DNA of 64,000 bases from Selaginella moellendorffii (Eukaryota; Plantae; Lycopodiophyta), in the NCBI RefSeq assembly GCF_000143415.4, contig NW_003314337.1, positions 513,234-577,233 of the forward strand, written 5' to 3'. The number at the start of each line of letters is the position of its first letter. Position 1 is the first letter of the stretch. A program made the translations under genes and the position numbers. Below, in pieces: positions 13,355 to 24,800 of this stretch. Under the pieces are notes generated by a model, which worked only from the letters and a program-made list of their open reading frames with translations, was not told where the DNA came from and searched no databases.

Positions 13355-13671
13355 TCAAAGGTGAAAAGCAAAAAACGAGGAAAAGATCGATCCCTATGAT
13401 CACTACATCGATTATAAGTAGAAGAGATCGATCGCTAGGATCAAGACATCGATCAAAAGTGGCAGGCTAGATGAGAAAAGAAGAGTCAAGAAACGCTACC
13501 GTTCGATCGCTACGTGCAAGAATGTGATTAGATCTATTTATTAGGAGCCAAGATTGTCAAGAGACTAGAGATGTCGACATTGCCTATAATTTATGGAAAC
13601 CAAAGGCGTGGAAATACTCACGGATGTCAACATTGTTCTTCTTTTATACCATGGTAAAAGATTCCTAGTTT

Positions 13672-15007
13672 TTATCTGGAGGGCTTTGCTACTCCCCTAT
13701 AGATGGACTTGTCTACGGGCTTGCCCTCCGCAAGAGAGGTGTGTTTAAAGACGCGCTTGAGGAGGTCGGGATTAACTTCGAACTTCTCGGCTATGGCTTC
13801 CACGCTTAGTTGCTTCACTGCTCCCTCGGCTTGGCCATGGTGGAGGAGGAAGGCCTGCTTCAGCTGGAGGATGTTGAGCTTGCCTGGCACGATCCGGCCC
13901 TCCCTGTCGGCAGTGTCGACTTTGGATCGGCTCAGCGGCGCGGGGGTCCCGAATGGCTGCGGTGATGATGCTCTTGGGACCTGGAAGGAAAGCCAAAACT
14001 TTGTTTTGAGTGACAAGTCCTAGAGCCGAAGCAAAGAGCCCGGAGAGAGCTCGCGGTTGTAGAGGTTTCGAGCAAAGAAACGCTGGGAACTATGCTGTAA
14101 CATCGTTTAAGAGATTTGTTGCAAAGAAATGCTGGAAAGTAGATGAAGTTTGGATGATCTAGCTACTGTGGGAATGCTGGAAACTACATGAAGTTTGGAC
14201 GATTTAGCTACGGTGTAAGTGCTGGAAACTAGATGAACTTTGAACGATCTGAAAATGCCGGAAACTAGATGAAACTAGATGAAGTTTGGACGATCTAGCT
14301 ATTGCGTAAGTGCTGGAAACTAGATGAAGTTTGAACAATCTAGCTACTGTGGAAATGCTGGAGGTACGCTGGAAACTAGATGAGAAGTCACTGAGGGTTC
14401 GAGAGGAAAAAAAATGATAGGACCAAGAACACGTACCTCTCCTCCAGGTCCAACGTTCTCGGTCCTGGATACCACTTGTCCAGCGGCTTTCTGGACCATA
14501 TACTTGTAAGTGCGATCGCTCTGGTCCCATTCTCGATCAAACGATTCTCGCTCAACCGGTTTGTGACCAGGAAAGGGCTCTACGAAGAACACAAGCAAAA
14601 AATTTTATCATAGAGAATGCAGGATCCATGGACGAAACTTACGATCGTATGATTTATCGAATGGAGGATCCGGGCGATAATCGGTCTCCTTCTCCTGCTG
14701 TGCTCGCAGCCGCGCCTTCGCATCCGGGGCTGCTCTCACACTTCTCAATCGCAAGATTCTAGCCACATGGAATCGAAATCTTACCTGGCTTTGGATTGCC
14801 ATACAATTCTTTCGCCTTGGCGGCCCATCGCGCCTCGGTCTCAAGCTGCTCCTTCGTCTTCACCCTGCGAACGCCCGCCGAGTAGAGCCGAATCGGCCGA
14901 TCTTCGTCCTCCGCCGCCACGGCCTTGCGCGCGGCATCGCTCGGCGCGCTCTTCTCCTCCGCAAACCTCGCCGCCGCTCCTCTTGCCCTGCGAAGAGCTT
15001 GCCCCAT
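13672..15007 (-). CDS. Uncharacterised conserved plant protein, about 4 exons
   Basis: Starts MGQALRRARG at 15007. Spliceable ORF pieces end in GKLNILQLKQAFLLHHGQ...VEAIAEKFEV. Function not recognised with confidence. Confidence 0.7.
14130..14382. repeat. Intronic minisatellite, ~45-bp unit TGCTGGAAACTAGATGAAGTTTGGACGATCTAGCTAC..., about 5-6 copies
   Basis: Units start near 14130, 14175, 14220, 14255, 14311 and 14356. Confidence 0.85.
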
Positions 15008-15240
15008 TAAGAAAGAGCATCTCTCCAAGCATATACCCTTAAATGTTGGGAGTTATACGTGGCAAAATGTAAGCTTCAAAATGGACGGACTGGATGTGCT
15101 TTCCACGTGGCACATTGTACGGGGCACATTCTAGGTTAGCATCTTTTGAAGCATATACTTTCGTTAAAATAAAATGGACGGACCAGATTACTCATGACTC
15201 CTCGCATCTCTCCTGGAGCGAAAGCTTTGGAGATTTGGCG

Positions 15241-15895
15241 ATGGAGGAAAAGGAGCAAGAAGAAGCCCCAGCTGAGGAGGAGGAGGAGAAAGCTCCCGTG
15301 ATCGTGGAGGTGAAGAAGAAGAAGCCCCACGAATTCTCGCAGACCAAGGTGTTTGTTTTCTTGCCCCTATAGAATTGCCGCGCTGAGAAGCTTAATGCTC
15401 GCTCGCGCGCTCGCAGTATCACGTCGAGGAGACCGTGAAGAAGATCTCGTCGCACAGAGGTTGGTTCCAAGATCTTTGGAAGATCAAGAGCTCCACTGGC
15501 TGACTTTGATCTTTTCTCCACAGGAATTCTCGGAACGATCGTCACAGACAGCCTTGGAATTCCTATCACGAGCACGATGGACGACCAAACCACTGCTCGG
15601 GTAATGTCTGGAAAAAGGAAAAGAAAAACACGCCTTTGATCCCTCCAATCATGTAAAACTTTTGTTACCAGTATTCCTCGTACATGGTTCCACTCGCGAC
15701 CAAAGCCAAAGATTTGATCCACGACATCGAATCCAAGGTTCGCAGATTTTCTAGCTCCGATTTACTGCCATCAAAATCTTTACTTCTTAGCTCCAGGATC
15801 AAGTGAGGCTTTTGAGAGTACGTACCAAGGTTCACGAGATTGTAGTCGTCCCAGATGGAGAATTCTATGTTATTGTCGTCCAGCTGACCAAATGA
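15241..15895 (+). CDS. Dynein light chain, roadblock/LC7 family, 5 exons
   Basis: Exons 15241-15348, 15417-15459, 15524-15600, 15672-15737, 15797-15895 splice to ...VEETVKKISSHRGILGTIVTDSLGIPITSTMDDQTTARYSSYMVPLATKAKDLIHDIESKDQVRLLRVRTKVHEIVVVPDGEFYVIVVQ, which matches the LC7 consensus. Confidence 0.9.
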
Positions 15896-15955
15896 AAGAA
15901 AAGAAAAAAAGAAAGAGAAAGGAAAGAGGGCGAATCAATCGATACCAATTTTTTG

Positions 15956-16299
15956 TTACTCGTTCTTCTTGATCTCTGGGCTTGATTGGAGAGCCTCGAC
16001 GCTGGCTCTAGCTCGAGAAACAAACTCTGGATCGGGCTTTGGCTCCGTGCTCGTCGGAGGCTCTCGCATGGCCGATAGAATGTAGAAGGCAATCACGACA
16101 TTGACGGAGACAACCGCCAGTAATCCACAAACGATGGTTTGCACTTCCGGTGAAAGACTGGAAAATCCTGGAGCCAATCTCTTAGAAAATGAATCGATCT
16201 CGCCATACCTGGGAGGAGATCGCGCTTGTAAGCCTGGAGAATGAGCAGCGGCGCCGTCCACATGAACACCGACGCGATAGCGAATTTCACGAGCGCCAT
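15956..16299 (-). CDS. VMA21-like V-ATPase assembly factor, 2 exons
   Basis: Small two-TM protein with CGLLAVVSVNVVIAFYI..AMRE and a C-terminal KKNE ER-retrieval motif. Confidence 0.85.
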
Positions 16300-16398
16300 T
16301 AAAACAAGGCGAAGAACCCTAAACGAAGAACCCTAAAGCATATTCTTTTCATTTCCCTTGCTAGGGTTTGTTGCGGAGCGAAGGAAGAGCGGATCAAG
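16300..16398. promoter_or_regulatory. Putative bidirectional promoter with telo-box motifs
   Basis: 99 bp between divergent ATGs. CGAAGAACCCTAAA occurs twice (16310-16337); TAGGGTTT at 16362-16369. Confidence 0.6.
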
Positions 16399-17217
16399 AT
16401 GCCGGCCACCGCGGGGCGAGTTCGCATGCCCGCCAACAATCGCGTGCACAGCAGCGCGGCGCTACAGACTCACGGGATTTGGCAGAGCGCAATCGGGTAT
16501 GATCCCTACGCCCCGGATCGCAAGGACCCCTCTGGCGGGGAGAGGGCGGCGCCGGTGCCGGCAGGAGAGAATGCCTACGATAGCTTCCAGGGATTGCTGG
16601 CGCTTGCGAAGATCCAGAGCGGTCAGGTTTCCAGCAGCGACGAGCCCCGCGGCGCCTGCCGGCGATGCAAGCGAGTTGGGCATCTACCATTCCAGTGTAG
16701 GAATTTCCTCGCGGTGGCCAAGGAGGACGTGGGCAATGGGGCCGTGGCGGTGGAGGGCAACACCAAGGGCGGAAAGCGCGAAGAGACTCATCCGGGGACC
16801 GACTCCGACAAGGGTAGTGACTCCGACGACGATAGCGACTCGGACAGTGATGTGGATTCGGAGATGGAGAGGGCGATCGCGAAGAAGATGTCATCCTCGT
16901 CCCGGAAGAAGAAGCGCTACTCCTCGGAGGAGAAGGACGATAGCTTGAGCAGTGACGATTCGGAGGGTGATAGGAAGCGCAAGAGACACCATAGCCATCG
17001 CAGCAAGAGCAGGAAATCCAGCTCCAAGAGGAGCCGGAGGGACTACACGTCGACTGATGACGACGAGAGCTCCCGGGAGAGGAGGAAGCGCCATCACCGC
17101 AGCAAGAAATCGTCATCGTCGTCGAGCAAGAGGAGCCGCAAGGACCACTCGCGAAAGAAGGAGAGGGACAAGAAGCGATCATCCAAGTCGAGGAGATCGC
17201 CCGAGGCTAGCGGTTGA
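16399..17217 (+). CDS. CXIP4: CAX-interacting protein 4-like (CCHC zinc knuckle, Arg/Ser-rich tail)
   Basis: Diagnostic N-terminus MPATAGRVRMPANNRVHSSAALQTHGIWQSAIGYDPY; knuckle CRRCKRVGHLPFQC; single exon. Confidence 0.93.
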   Translation: MPATAGRVRMPANNRVHSSAALQTHGIWQSAIGYDPYAPDRKDPSGGERAAPVPAGENAYDSFQGLLALAKIQSGQVSSSDEPRGACRRCKRVGHLPFQCRNFLAVAKEDVGNGAVAVEGNTKGGKREETHPGTDSDKGSDSDDDSDSDSDVDSEMERAIAKKMSSSSRKKKRYSSEEKDDSLSSDDSEGDRKRKRHHSHRSKSRKSSSKRSRRDYTSTDDDESSRERRKRHHRSKKSSSSSSKRSRKDHSRKKERDKKRSSKSRRSPEASG

Positions 17218-17609
17218 CGAACTAAAGTGGGATTTCACGGATCTCCCAAGTGAGTGCTTTCAGCTTTTTAAATTCCCTTTTGTCTTGTTTTGCTACATCA
17301 AGCTCCTCTTGCCTTGGTTGTCTTGCAGCTTTCCACCATCCAACTTGACAGGAATTTATAAGCGTCGATCCAGAGGCTCGACGTTCATGTACTATGGATG
17401 AACCAAGAAAGAAAAAAGATACGGAAGCAAGCACTGTTCTTCAGTATAGATGTACTTTCGGTGAAAACTTTCGGTGAAAAATAGCTATTGTAAAAGTGTG
17501 GAATCGCAGAAACTATTGACAGTTTTTCCTTTGAAGCGATCCTCGATTAAAAAATACCAACACTTGGCTCTTCCTTGATCAGCCACGTGGACGTAATTAG
17601 GGTTCTTCG

Positions 17610-18719
17610 TCAAGCTCTGGCCAAGAATGTGGGCTCGTAGGTGAGCCCGCTGAGCATGTCCTTGAATCTCCCGCAGTGCTCGGGCAGCCAGTGCCACTTC
17701 TTTTGCGATACATCGTACATGAGCGTCCTCCACCGGCACCAGCTATTGAAGCACACGGAATCCAGGCCGCGCGGCCGCTGGAGCGCCATGAAATAGGACA
17801 CGCACTTGCAGAATTCCTGGAGGACGGGATCGCTGTTGGCGATGGCGTCCTTCCAGTGGCACGATTGCGCGTCGAATTCCCAGATCCGGACCCTCTTGCT
17901 AGCCGCGGCGCCGGTGATCTTGGCGGCCATGACCAATCGGCCGCGGCACACGAGCAGCGAGGCGCTGGCGAGGTTGGGGATGGCCAGCGCCGGTAGCTGC
18001 TGCGCGTGATCGAGCGTGATCCAGGAACGCTTGCCCATGTCGTAGGCGACGAGCTTGTAAGGCGGCACTGAGAGGCAGTAGAAGAAGCCATCGCTCCAGA
18101 CCGCGCGCATCCCGGAGAAATCCTGGAACGCGTCCAGCCGCGCCGAGGATTGGCACTCCCACCCGCCGCTGGCGGAGTCGTAGATCTCGGTGATGAGCTC
18201 CTGCGAGGAGGAGCTCGCAACCCCAGCGACGAGGATCTTGTACGAGTTCCAGCCCGATTCCATCATCCCCATCACGTAGATGAGCGTGATCCGGGAGAGG
18301 CCCGGGAGGATGCGGCACGATTTTGTGAGGGGATTGCAAACGAGGAGGAGTGGAGGCGAGCCCTTCTTCTTCTTCTGGGAGCTCAAGAACAAGAGGCCTC
18401 CCGCGGAGGCGACAATGCACGTCAGATCTAGGGCGTGGTCGGAGGGATTGACGGCCGGGATGTCGTGCCAGGTGCCCAGGGCGGGGCTGTAGGCACGGAA
18501 TTTGTGGTCGCGGAACATGAGGAACCAGGGGATTGGGGCGGCGATGCGCGCCCAGTGCTGGAGGAAGGGCGGGGAGAGGAGGATCGATCGCCAGGTGTGG
18601 CACACGGCGCGGCAGCGAGTGATTGCGGCGATTGGGAGGAGCGCGAAGATCTTCTCGTGGAGCTCCGATGGAAGATGGAGCCATTTGTTGTGGGGGAGAA
18701 GTGGCTTCTTGTTCTCCAT
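17610..18719 (-). CDS. F-box protein with a kelch-like/beta-propeller C-terminus
   Basis: F-box WLHLPSELHEKIFALLPIAAITRCRAVCHTWRSIL; ASAGGLL and VCNPLTK motifs; intronless; first ATG at 18719. Confidence 0.92.
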   Translation of the reverse strand: MENKKPLLPHNKWLHLPSELHEKIFALLPIAAITRCRAVCHTWRSILLSPPFLQHWARIAAPIPWFLMFRDHKFRAYSPALGTWHDIPAVNPSDHALDLTCIVASAGGLLFLSSQKKKKGSPPLLLVCNPLTKSCRILPGLSRITLIYVMGMMESGWNSYKILVAGVASSSSQELITEIYDSASGGWECQSSARLDAFQDFSGMRAVWSDGFFYCLSVPPYKLVAYDMGKRSWITLDHAQQLPALAIPNLASASLLVCRGRLVMAAKITGAAASKRVRIWEFDAQSCHWKDAIANSDPVLQEFCKCVSYFMALQRPRGLDSVCFNSWCRWRTLMYDVSQKKWHWLPEHCGRFKDMLSGLTYEPTFLARA

Positions 18720-20413
18720 CCCTGGAATCGCTTGGAAGTCGCGCACAATCCTTGAATTCCCTCTTGTTCTTGAGATATTTCAATGAGAATCGAGAGATTA
18801 TCGATCGAGGGATCGATGGCGCAATGGAACAGCTACATGGATCGCTCGATGGATGCTAGGAGGGGGGAGATTTTGGAGAAGAGAAAGTAGGCGCCGTGGA
18901 TGACACTCAAAGCAGAGAGGCGGGAGCACTGGATCACAGCTGGTGCGCAGTCCAATTTTTTCTCTCTTTTTTTTCTGCCGCCTCCACACACACCGACTTT
19001 GCAGCCCAGTGCTCTGGCAGAAAAAAAACTCCGCCAAAGCGAAGGACGCTCAAGAACCCTAGAAAGAGAATGCGAGACCGAAAGATTTAAGCATCCACAC
19101 ACACCGGTTACGCCGGTTACGTAACCAAGCATCGTCCACCGTGGCCAGCGGCGGTCCGCGTGGCAGAGAGCGATAGGCCATCCCGAGCTACCTCTCTTTT
19201 TGTAGGTACACAAGAACCATATGGACAGGGTATCCGCAAACTCTACAAAGCCACCGTAGCGCCGACAATTGCCGCTCGCCACGTGGCGGGCAGCCAAGCC
19301 GTGTTTTGGATCTTTGGGTGTCGGCGGAGCACGGACGGCGGGAGTTTGTGACCGCATGGCCCATTAGCTGGGGCTCGTACCGTACACCATTATTTTAATC
19401 GTTTTTCTGGAGGGAGGAGAATGGAGCCTTGTTTCGGGGTAAAGACGGTGCATATTGGGAGAAGCTTCGTAGAGTGCAACGTATTTGGTGCCTGGAGAGG
19501 GATTTCTCGACACGTGGGAGTTGGATGAATTTGTCGGCGCTATGGAAACGTTGGAGAGGTGTATATATTGTTTTTATTTTTTCTTTTTTGCGCGCTTAGC
19601 ACGGGCAACCTTATCGTTTTGATAGTTAGATTCGCCCATCCAATCTCCAGAGGAAAAAGGGGGGGCCAACAGCTTTTCGTGGATAGCTATCGGCGAACAT
19701 AATTTTGCTACAAGCGCGCGCGCATGCGCTGCCTGTCGCTTTGTAGGCTGCGGTGGTGCTAAGGAATTAGGGCAAACGCCAAAAATCTGCACGGCCAATG
19801 TAACGGTGCATTGTCTTTTGATCCTCTTTCGGTCGATTGTGGTCGCGAAGTTATCTTGTAAAGGTTCTTGATCCATGACCGCATCCACTTCAAGAGCGCG
19901 TACACATCGTCAACTTGCTCCTGGCGGCCCGGGGATTTGGCGACAAAAAGTCTGATAGGCACTTCGTGGCACCGATCTGCGCACCAGCTGTGATCCAGGC
20001 ACTGATAGGAAAATTCGATCTGGTATGTTAAATCTCAAAGTTTCAGGAAGAGAACCAAGAGGACAAATCCTAGCAGCTCACAAGCGCAGGATTTCCTGGA
20101 GGAGGAGCGTGACAGAGAGTTACGTAGAGATTGTCACATTGCCCGCTGGCAATAATATACGTGACAAAATCAAACAAAAGCTTTCGCATCTTATAGTCAA
20201 GTCTGGCTGGAGCGTGACAAGGGTTACGTAGAGATTGCAAATTGCCGGCTTGGTTGGCTGTGATTAAACAACCAAACCAAGTGTTATTCACTTTGACAAC
20301 ACGATCGCGACCCTCGTGTGCGCTGTCTCCAACTAATCATCTGGTGAAAAAAAAAAGTCCCCGGAATGATGGATTCATCCTATTTACATTTCCGCTCGAT
20401 CGCGATCCACACT

Positions 20414-21325
20414 CTAGCTGCTGGAATCGTAGCAGCCGCTTAGAAACCGCGCAAACTTGTCCTTGAGAGCCGGGGGCATATCCTCCAGCGCGCCCAGAAT
20501 ATCCCCGTAGCCGCGGGTATATGTCTGGAATATGCCGTCCCCGCCGCCGCCGCCGCCGCCGCCATCGCCGCTCGTGCACCGCCTCGCGCGCTTCTTGCTC
20601 CTCAGCGCCGCCGGCGGGTGGTGGAGCTTGGCGTACGCCAGCGATTCCTCGTCCTTGAAGTTGAGCTTGGCCTTCTTCCCCTTGATCCTCCTGGCGGCGG
20701 CGTCGTACGCCAGCGCCGCCGCCTCGGCGGTGCCGTACGAGCCCAGCCACAGCCGGACCCTCTGCTGTGGGTCTCGGATCTCCGCGCCCCACTTGCCGGA
20801 CGGCCGCTGGCGCACGCCGCGGTAGTGCTTGATCGGCTGGGCGGGATTGGATCGCTTGGACTCGCCGCCCTGGGTTTCCACGATCGCGGGCGCTGGATCG
20901 GTCTGCCTCTGCTCTTCTCGAGCGAATTGGCGGAGTAGAGAACCCGCATTGGCGTCCTGCGCTTCCAATTTGGGGATCTTGGCGGGGATTTCGTCCACTT
21001 GCGGGGGTGGCGGCGGTTGTTGGCGGCGCTCCTCTTCTTGGACTGTCTGCTCGATCTGCTGGAAATTGGGGGTGATGGGCGATGAATCCATGGGCGAGGC
21101 CGCATTGCTGGAGGCGCTGGACGAGGAGATTGACCAGATGGCGTCCTGGAGGAGGAGCTCGTCCTGGAAGAGATCGTCCGGGCTCAGCTCCATCTGCGGC
21201 GGCGGCGGCAGCGAATTCAAGTCCTCGACGTCCATCTCCCAGTCCAGCAGCCACTTGGGCAGCCAGCCATCGTCCGAGTAGTCGCCGGGAGGAGGATCGA
21301 TCGGCTCGCTAAGCCCTCGACACAT
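20414..21325 (-). CDS. AP2/ERF transcription factor (group VII-like AP2 domain)
   Basis: AP2 domain [55 protein letters not shown]. First in-frame ATG gives MCRGL; the start site is less certain than the domain. Confidence 0.92.
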   Translation of the reverse strand: MCRGLSEPIDPPPGDYSDDGWLPKWLLDWEMDVEDLNSLPPPPQMELSPDDLFQDELLLQDAIWSISSSSASSNAASPMDSSPITPNFQQIEQTVQEEERRQQPPPPPQVDEIPAKIPKLEAQDANAGSLLRQFAREEQRQTDPAPAIVETQGGESKRSNPAQPIKHYRGVRQRPSGKWGAEIRDPQQRVRLWLGSYGTAEAAALAYDAAARRIKGKKAKLNFKDEESLAYAKLHHPPAALRSKKRARRCTSGDGGGGGGGGDGIFQTYTRGYGDILGALEDMPPALKDKFARFLSGCYDSSS

Positions 21326-21838
21326 TTGACTTGGATGGATGAAATAGAGATACCTTTGCTTGAAGATCCAATCAAGAACCACTTTCTTCTTCTCGCGCTC
21401 TTCTCTCTTTCTTTTCTCGCTCTCGCTTTCTTTGCTTGGAAGGAAAATCTCTAAAACCCTTGGAGATTTTTATTAGGTGTGGGGATTTACCCTGGTTTGC
21501 GAGGAAGTTTGGCCAGGTCGTTCCAAATTGCGGCTGGAGTGGCGTCCAGCCGCCATTCTGGAGGGATCTTTTTTAAAATTTAAAATCCAAAGATTCGTTT
21601 TGTCTGGCACTGCTGGTCACAGCATATTCACGAGAGTTTCGCGCCACTCACGTCATTACCTGCGAACCATCCAAGAGATCCAAATCTGATATACTTCTTC
21701 TCAAAGTCCACGATTGACAAAGCTCACTGTGAGCTGGATCGATCATTCGTCAAGTTCCACGGGAATGATGATTATCACCAATTTGATTGTCACTTCTGGA
21801 TTCCCCATTATTTGCTACCTCTGTGCTCTTTTGGTTCT

Positions 21839-24800
21839 TCATTCTCTCATGATGCCCGGGGATCTCCCTGATGAGCCAAAGCTCCTCATTTTGCTCGCCG
21901 CTACAGCTTCCATGGCGGATTGAGCGCGCTTCATCATCTCCAGAATGTCTCTCTTTCCGGAGCAGCTCACGATTGCTTCCGTGTAGGCCGTCCGGAGCTC
22001 GGTGTTTACGTTGAACTTGCGTACACCGTTGTCAATGCAGGCCTGTAGCATTGGATTGGATTGGATTAAAGCTTCGAAATCAAAAAAGAGTGTCTTTTTT
22101 TCCGTCACCTGGATCATGCTTGCTGGTAGGCCCGAAGCTCCGTGCAAGACAAGGAGCACTCCACGGTCAGCAGCCGTCTTTCTCAGCTCCTGCATGTCAA
22201 ACTTATCAGATTGATCTGTCGGGATACTATACAAATTGCAGAGAGCGTGGCACACACAAACCTTGAGAAGTTCCATGTCCAGTTTCGGTCCACTTGCCGG
22301 GTACTTCCCATGGACATTGCCGACGCACACAGCAAGTCCGTCTACGCAAGTCTTTTCCAGGAACTCTTTCGCCTGGAAGAGAAAAAGAAAACCCCACGAC
22401 AAGTTGAAAGTTTTAGCGGAATTTGTAAACGAGAGGCCAACCTGATCGATATCGGTGGGCTTCGACTCGTATTCTTCGACGGTCTGACCGTCTTCTGTTC
22501 CCGAGAGCCTGCCGAGCTCGGCCTCTACGACGAGGCCCTTTGAATGTGCCATCGATGCTATACGCTTGGTAAATGCCACATTGTCGTCAAATGCTAGGTG
22601 CGACCCATCAGCCATTATTGAATCGAATCCCTGTAAAAAAACATTTGTACATGGAAAAAGAGAATCGTGATAATGTCGCTTTACCAGCTCCAAGGTCTCC
22701 ATAAGTTCTGCTTCATCATTGCCATGGTCGAAATGAACAGTTATAGGCACCTGTATGCGATTGTGGATTGTTAACTTATTCAAGAAAGCCAAAAGTGAAC
22801 AGAATTACGTACGTTAGCACTTTTTGCAGCAGCAGTGCAGGAGGCCACCAAAGCCCGCCCACCATGCCGATAAGCAGCTGGATGAATCTTTTGCAAATGC
22901 ATAAACAAAGTGAATAAGAGCTGCTTGTTAAAGAGGAGCGTAATCACCTGCAGGATAGCTGGACTTTTTTCGGCTTCAGCCGCACTTATCACAGCTTTCG
23001 CCCCCTCCAAATTGTAGATATTAAAAGCTCCCACCGCATATCCTCCACTTTCAGCATCCTAGGGAGGAAACACTTTTTGAGTGACTTCTCAAGCTTTAAA
23101 ATATTACCATAAGAATGTCTTTGGTTGATTTTCGTTTCGGTCTTGCCCAGCGAGACACAACAGTGGCAAGAGCATCCACTCCTCCAACGTTCCCTGCGGC
23201 TTACAGACATAAGAAAAAAAGAACGGCAAATTAGAAACTCACCCGGAAATACTATGTACGGGATTCCAGGATGCCGACTTCCAGGTCCAAGCTTCCACAT
23301 AGGTACTCCTGCTAATGCCTGCCCCACAACTTCTGCTCGGCTCGCGCCCATAGCCTTTGTTGCCAGGTCCGACGACGTTATGCCACCCTGTTGTAAGAAC
23401 GTCGTTATGTGGACTGCTAATGATGATGACCACTAAGTTTTTAACCTTCGCAATTATGTACCGGGGACGAGTATGAATACGCTTAACAATTTCGACCAAT
23501 GCTGAGCTGACTTTGTTTCCAATATCAAGGCTCTCTAAATTACCTGAAAGAAACAAAATGTGTCATTGATCAAAACATTTCTTAAAACTTACTGCTTCCT
23601 GTTACAAGGACACGGCTTGTAACGATTAGTGTATCTTGTCCGGCCGATAGAAACACATCTGCCGCATTAGATACTCTAGCAATCTCTGCATCTCTTACAT
23701 TGTCTGCACTCATGGCCACAGCAGTAACACTAACCTGGAAAAAACAACGACGCTAGTTCTCGATCCATTACACTGAAACTTACATCTAGAGACTGGAGAG
23801 AACTTCCTCGTTTTAGTTTCAGCTCTTCCACCTGAAGGCTTACAAAGTTTGTTGTGAGTGAATCCAAGGAAGACAAACCTGTTTTGTAGTTTTAGGCACG
23901 TAGGATCCCACAACTATAAGGCCACCATTTAACCAGCTTGTTTGTTTGTCTGCTTCAAGGTCCACTGGAGTAACGGGTGGCTTGGACCTGAGCCCAATCC
24001 GGGCAGACACAAAACCTGCAGCTGTTCGACAAAGAAAAAGTTTTCCTTTTCCCTCAGCCTAGAATGCACGAGGTTAGAAGCTGACAGATGCATGCAGCAA
24101 ACACTCACTTGGATCATTCCAGCAGCGAACACGGAAATATCTCTTTCGCTAGCGGCATTCACCACGCAAATCGAATTCTGTAAGAGTCCAGATCACTGCC
24201 GCTGAATATAGATGTAAAACAGACTGCTACCTTCGAGAGATTACATAGCTGTTCACATACGGCAGAGGGGCCTCCTTTACGAATTGTAGCAATAGAAACA
24301 GAAGCTACATCTCCAAAGGATACTCGACCTTTAGTTTTTTCTTCCACCCACTGCATTTTACGAATCACCATCAAATTTCAAAAGAAATCACGAAATGTCA
24401 CCTCGCGAAGGTTTGATGACTTGTATCCAAAAACGGAGTCCTGAGCAAACTCCGTTTGTGCCGCAGGCACAAGCCTTACAAGAAAGAAAAAATCAATGAC
24501 TAGAACGCGCATGCTCAGTCTTACATAGTTCCATCAGCAACATAATGAATATCATTGATAGTATAGCGACCTCCTTGCCAGAAAAATGGACAGATTATCC
24601 ATGCATCTGACTCTCCAATAACATCACATACTGCATCTGCTTCCTGAAATACGAAGGTTCAGACAGTCACTTATTCTTACCTGTTTTCCTTCCGTTCAAG
24701 AAAGTTTACCTCGGGAAAGTGACCGCGAAGAGTTGAATCGCCGCGAAGCACAATAGTGTAACCAACGTTTCCACAAGAAGATGCTGCAGCGTCAACATTG

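Noticed and set aside
14130-14382. CRISPR-like repeat array
   Set aside because: Eukaryotic intron; units are tandem with no unique spacers.
16358-21312. Many overlapping alternative-frame and antisense ORFs over CXIP4, the F-box gene and the ERF gene
   Set aside because: Shadow ORFs of GC-rich coding sequence.
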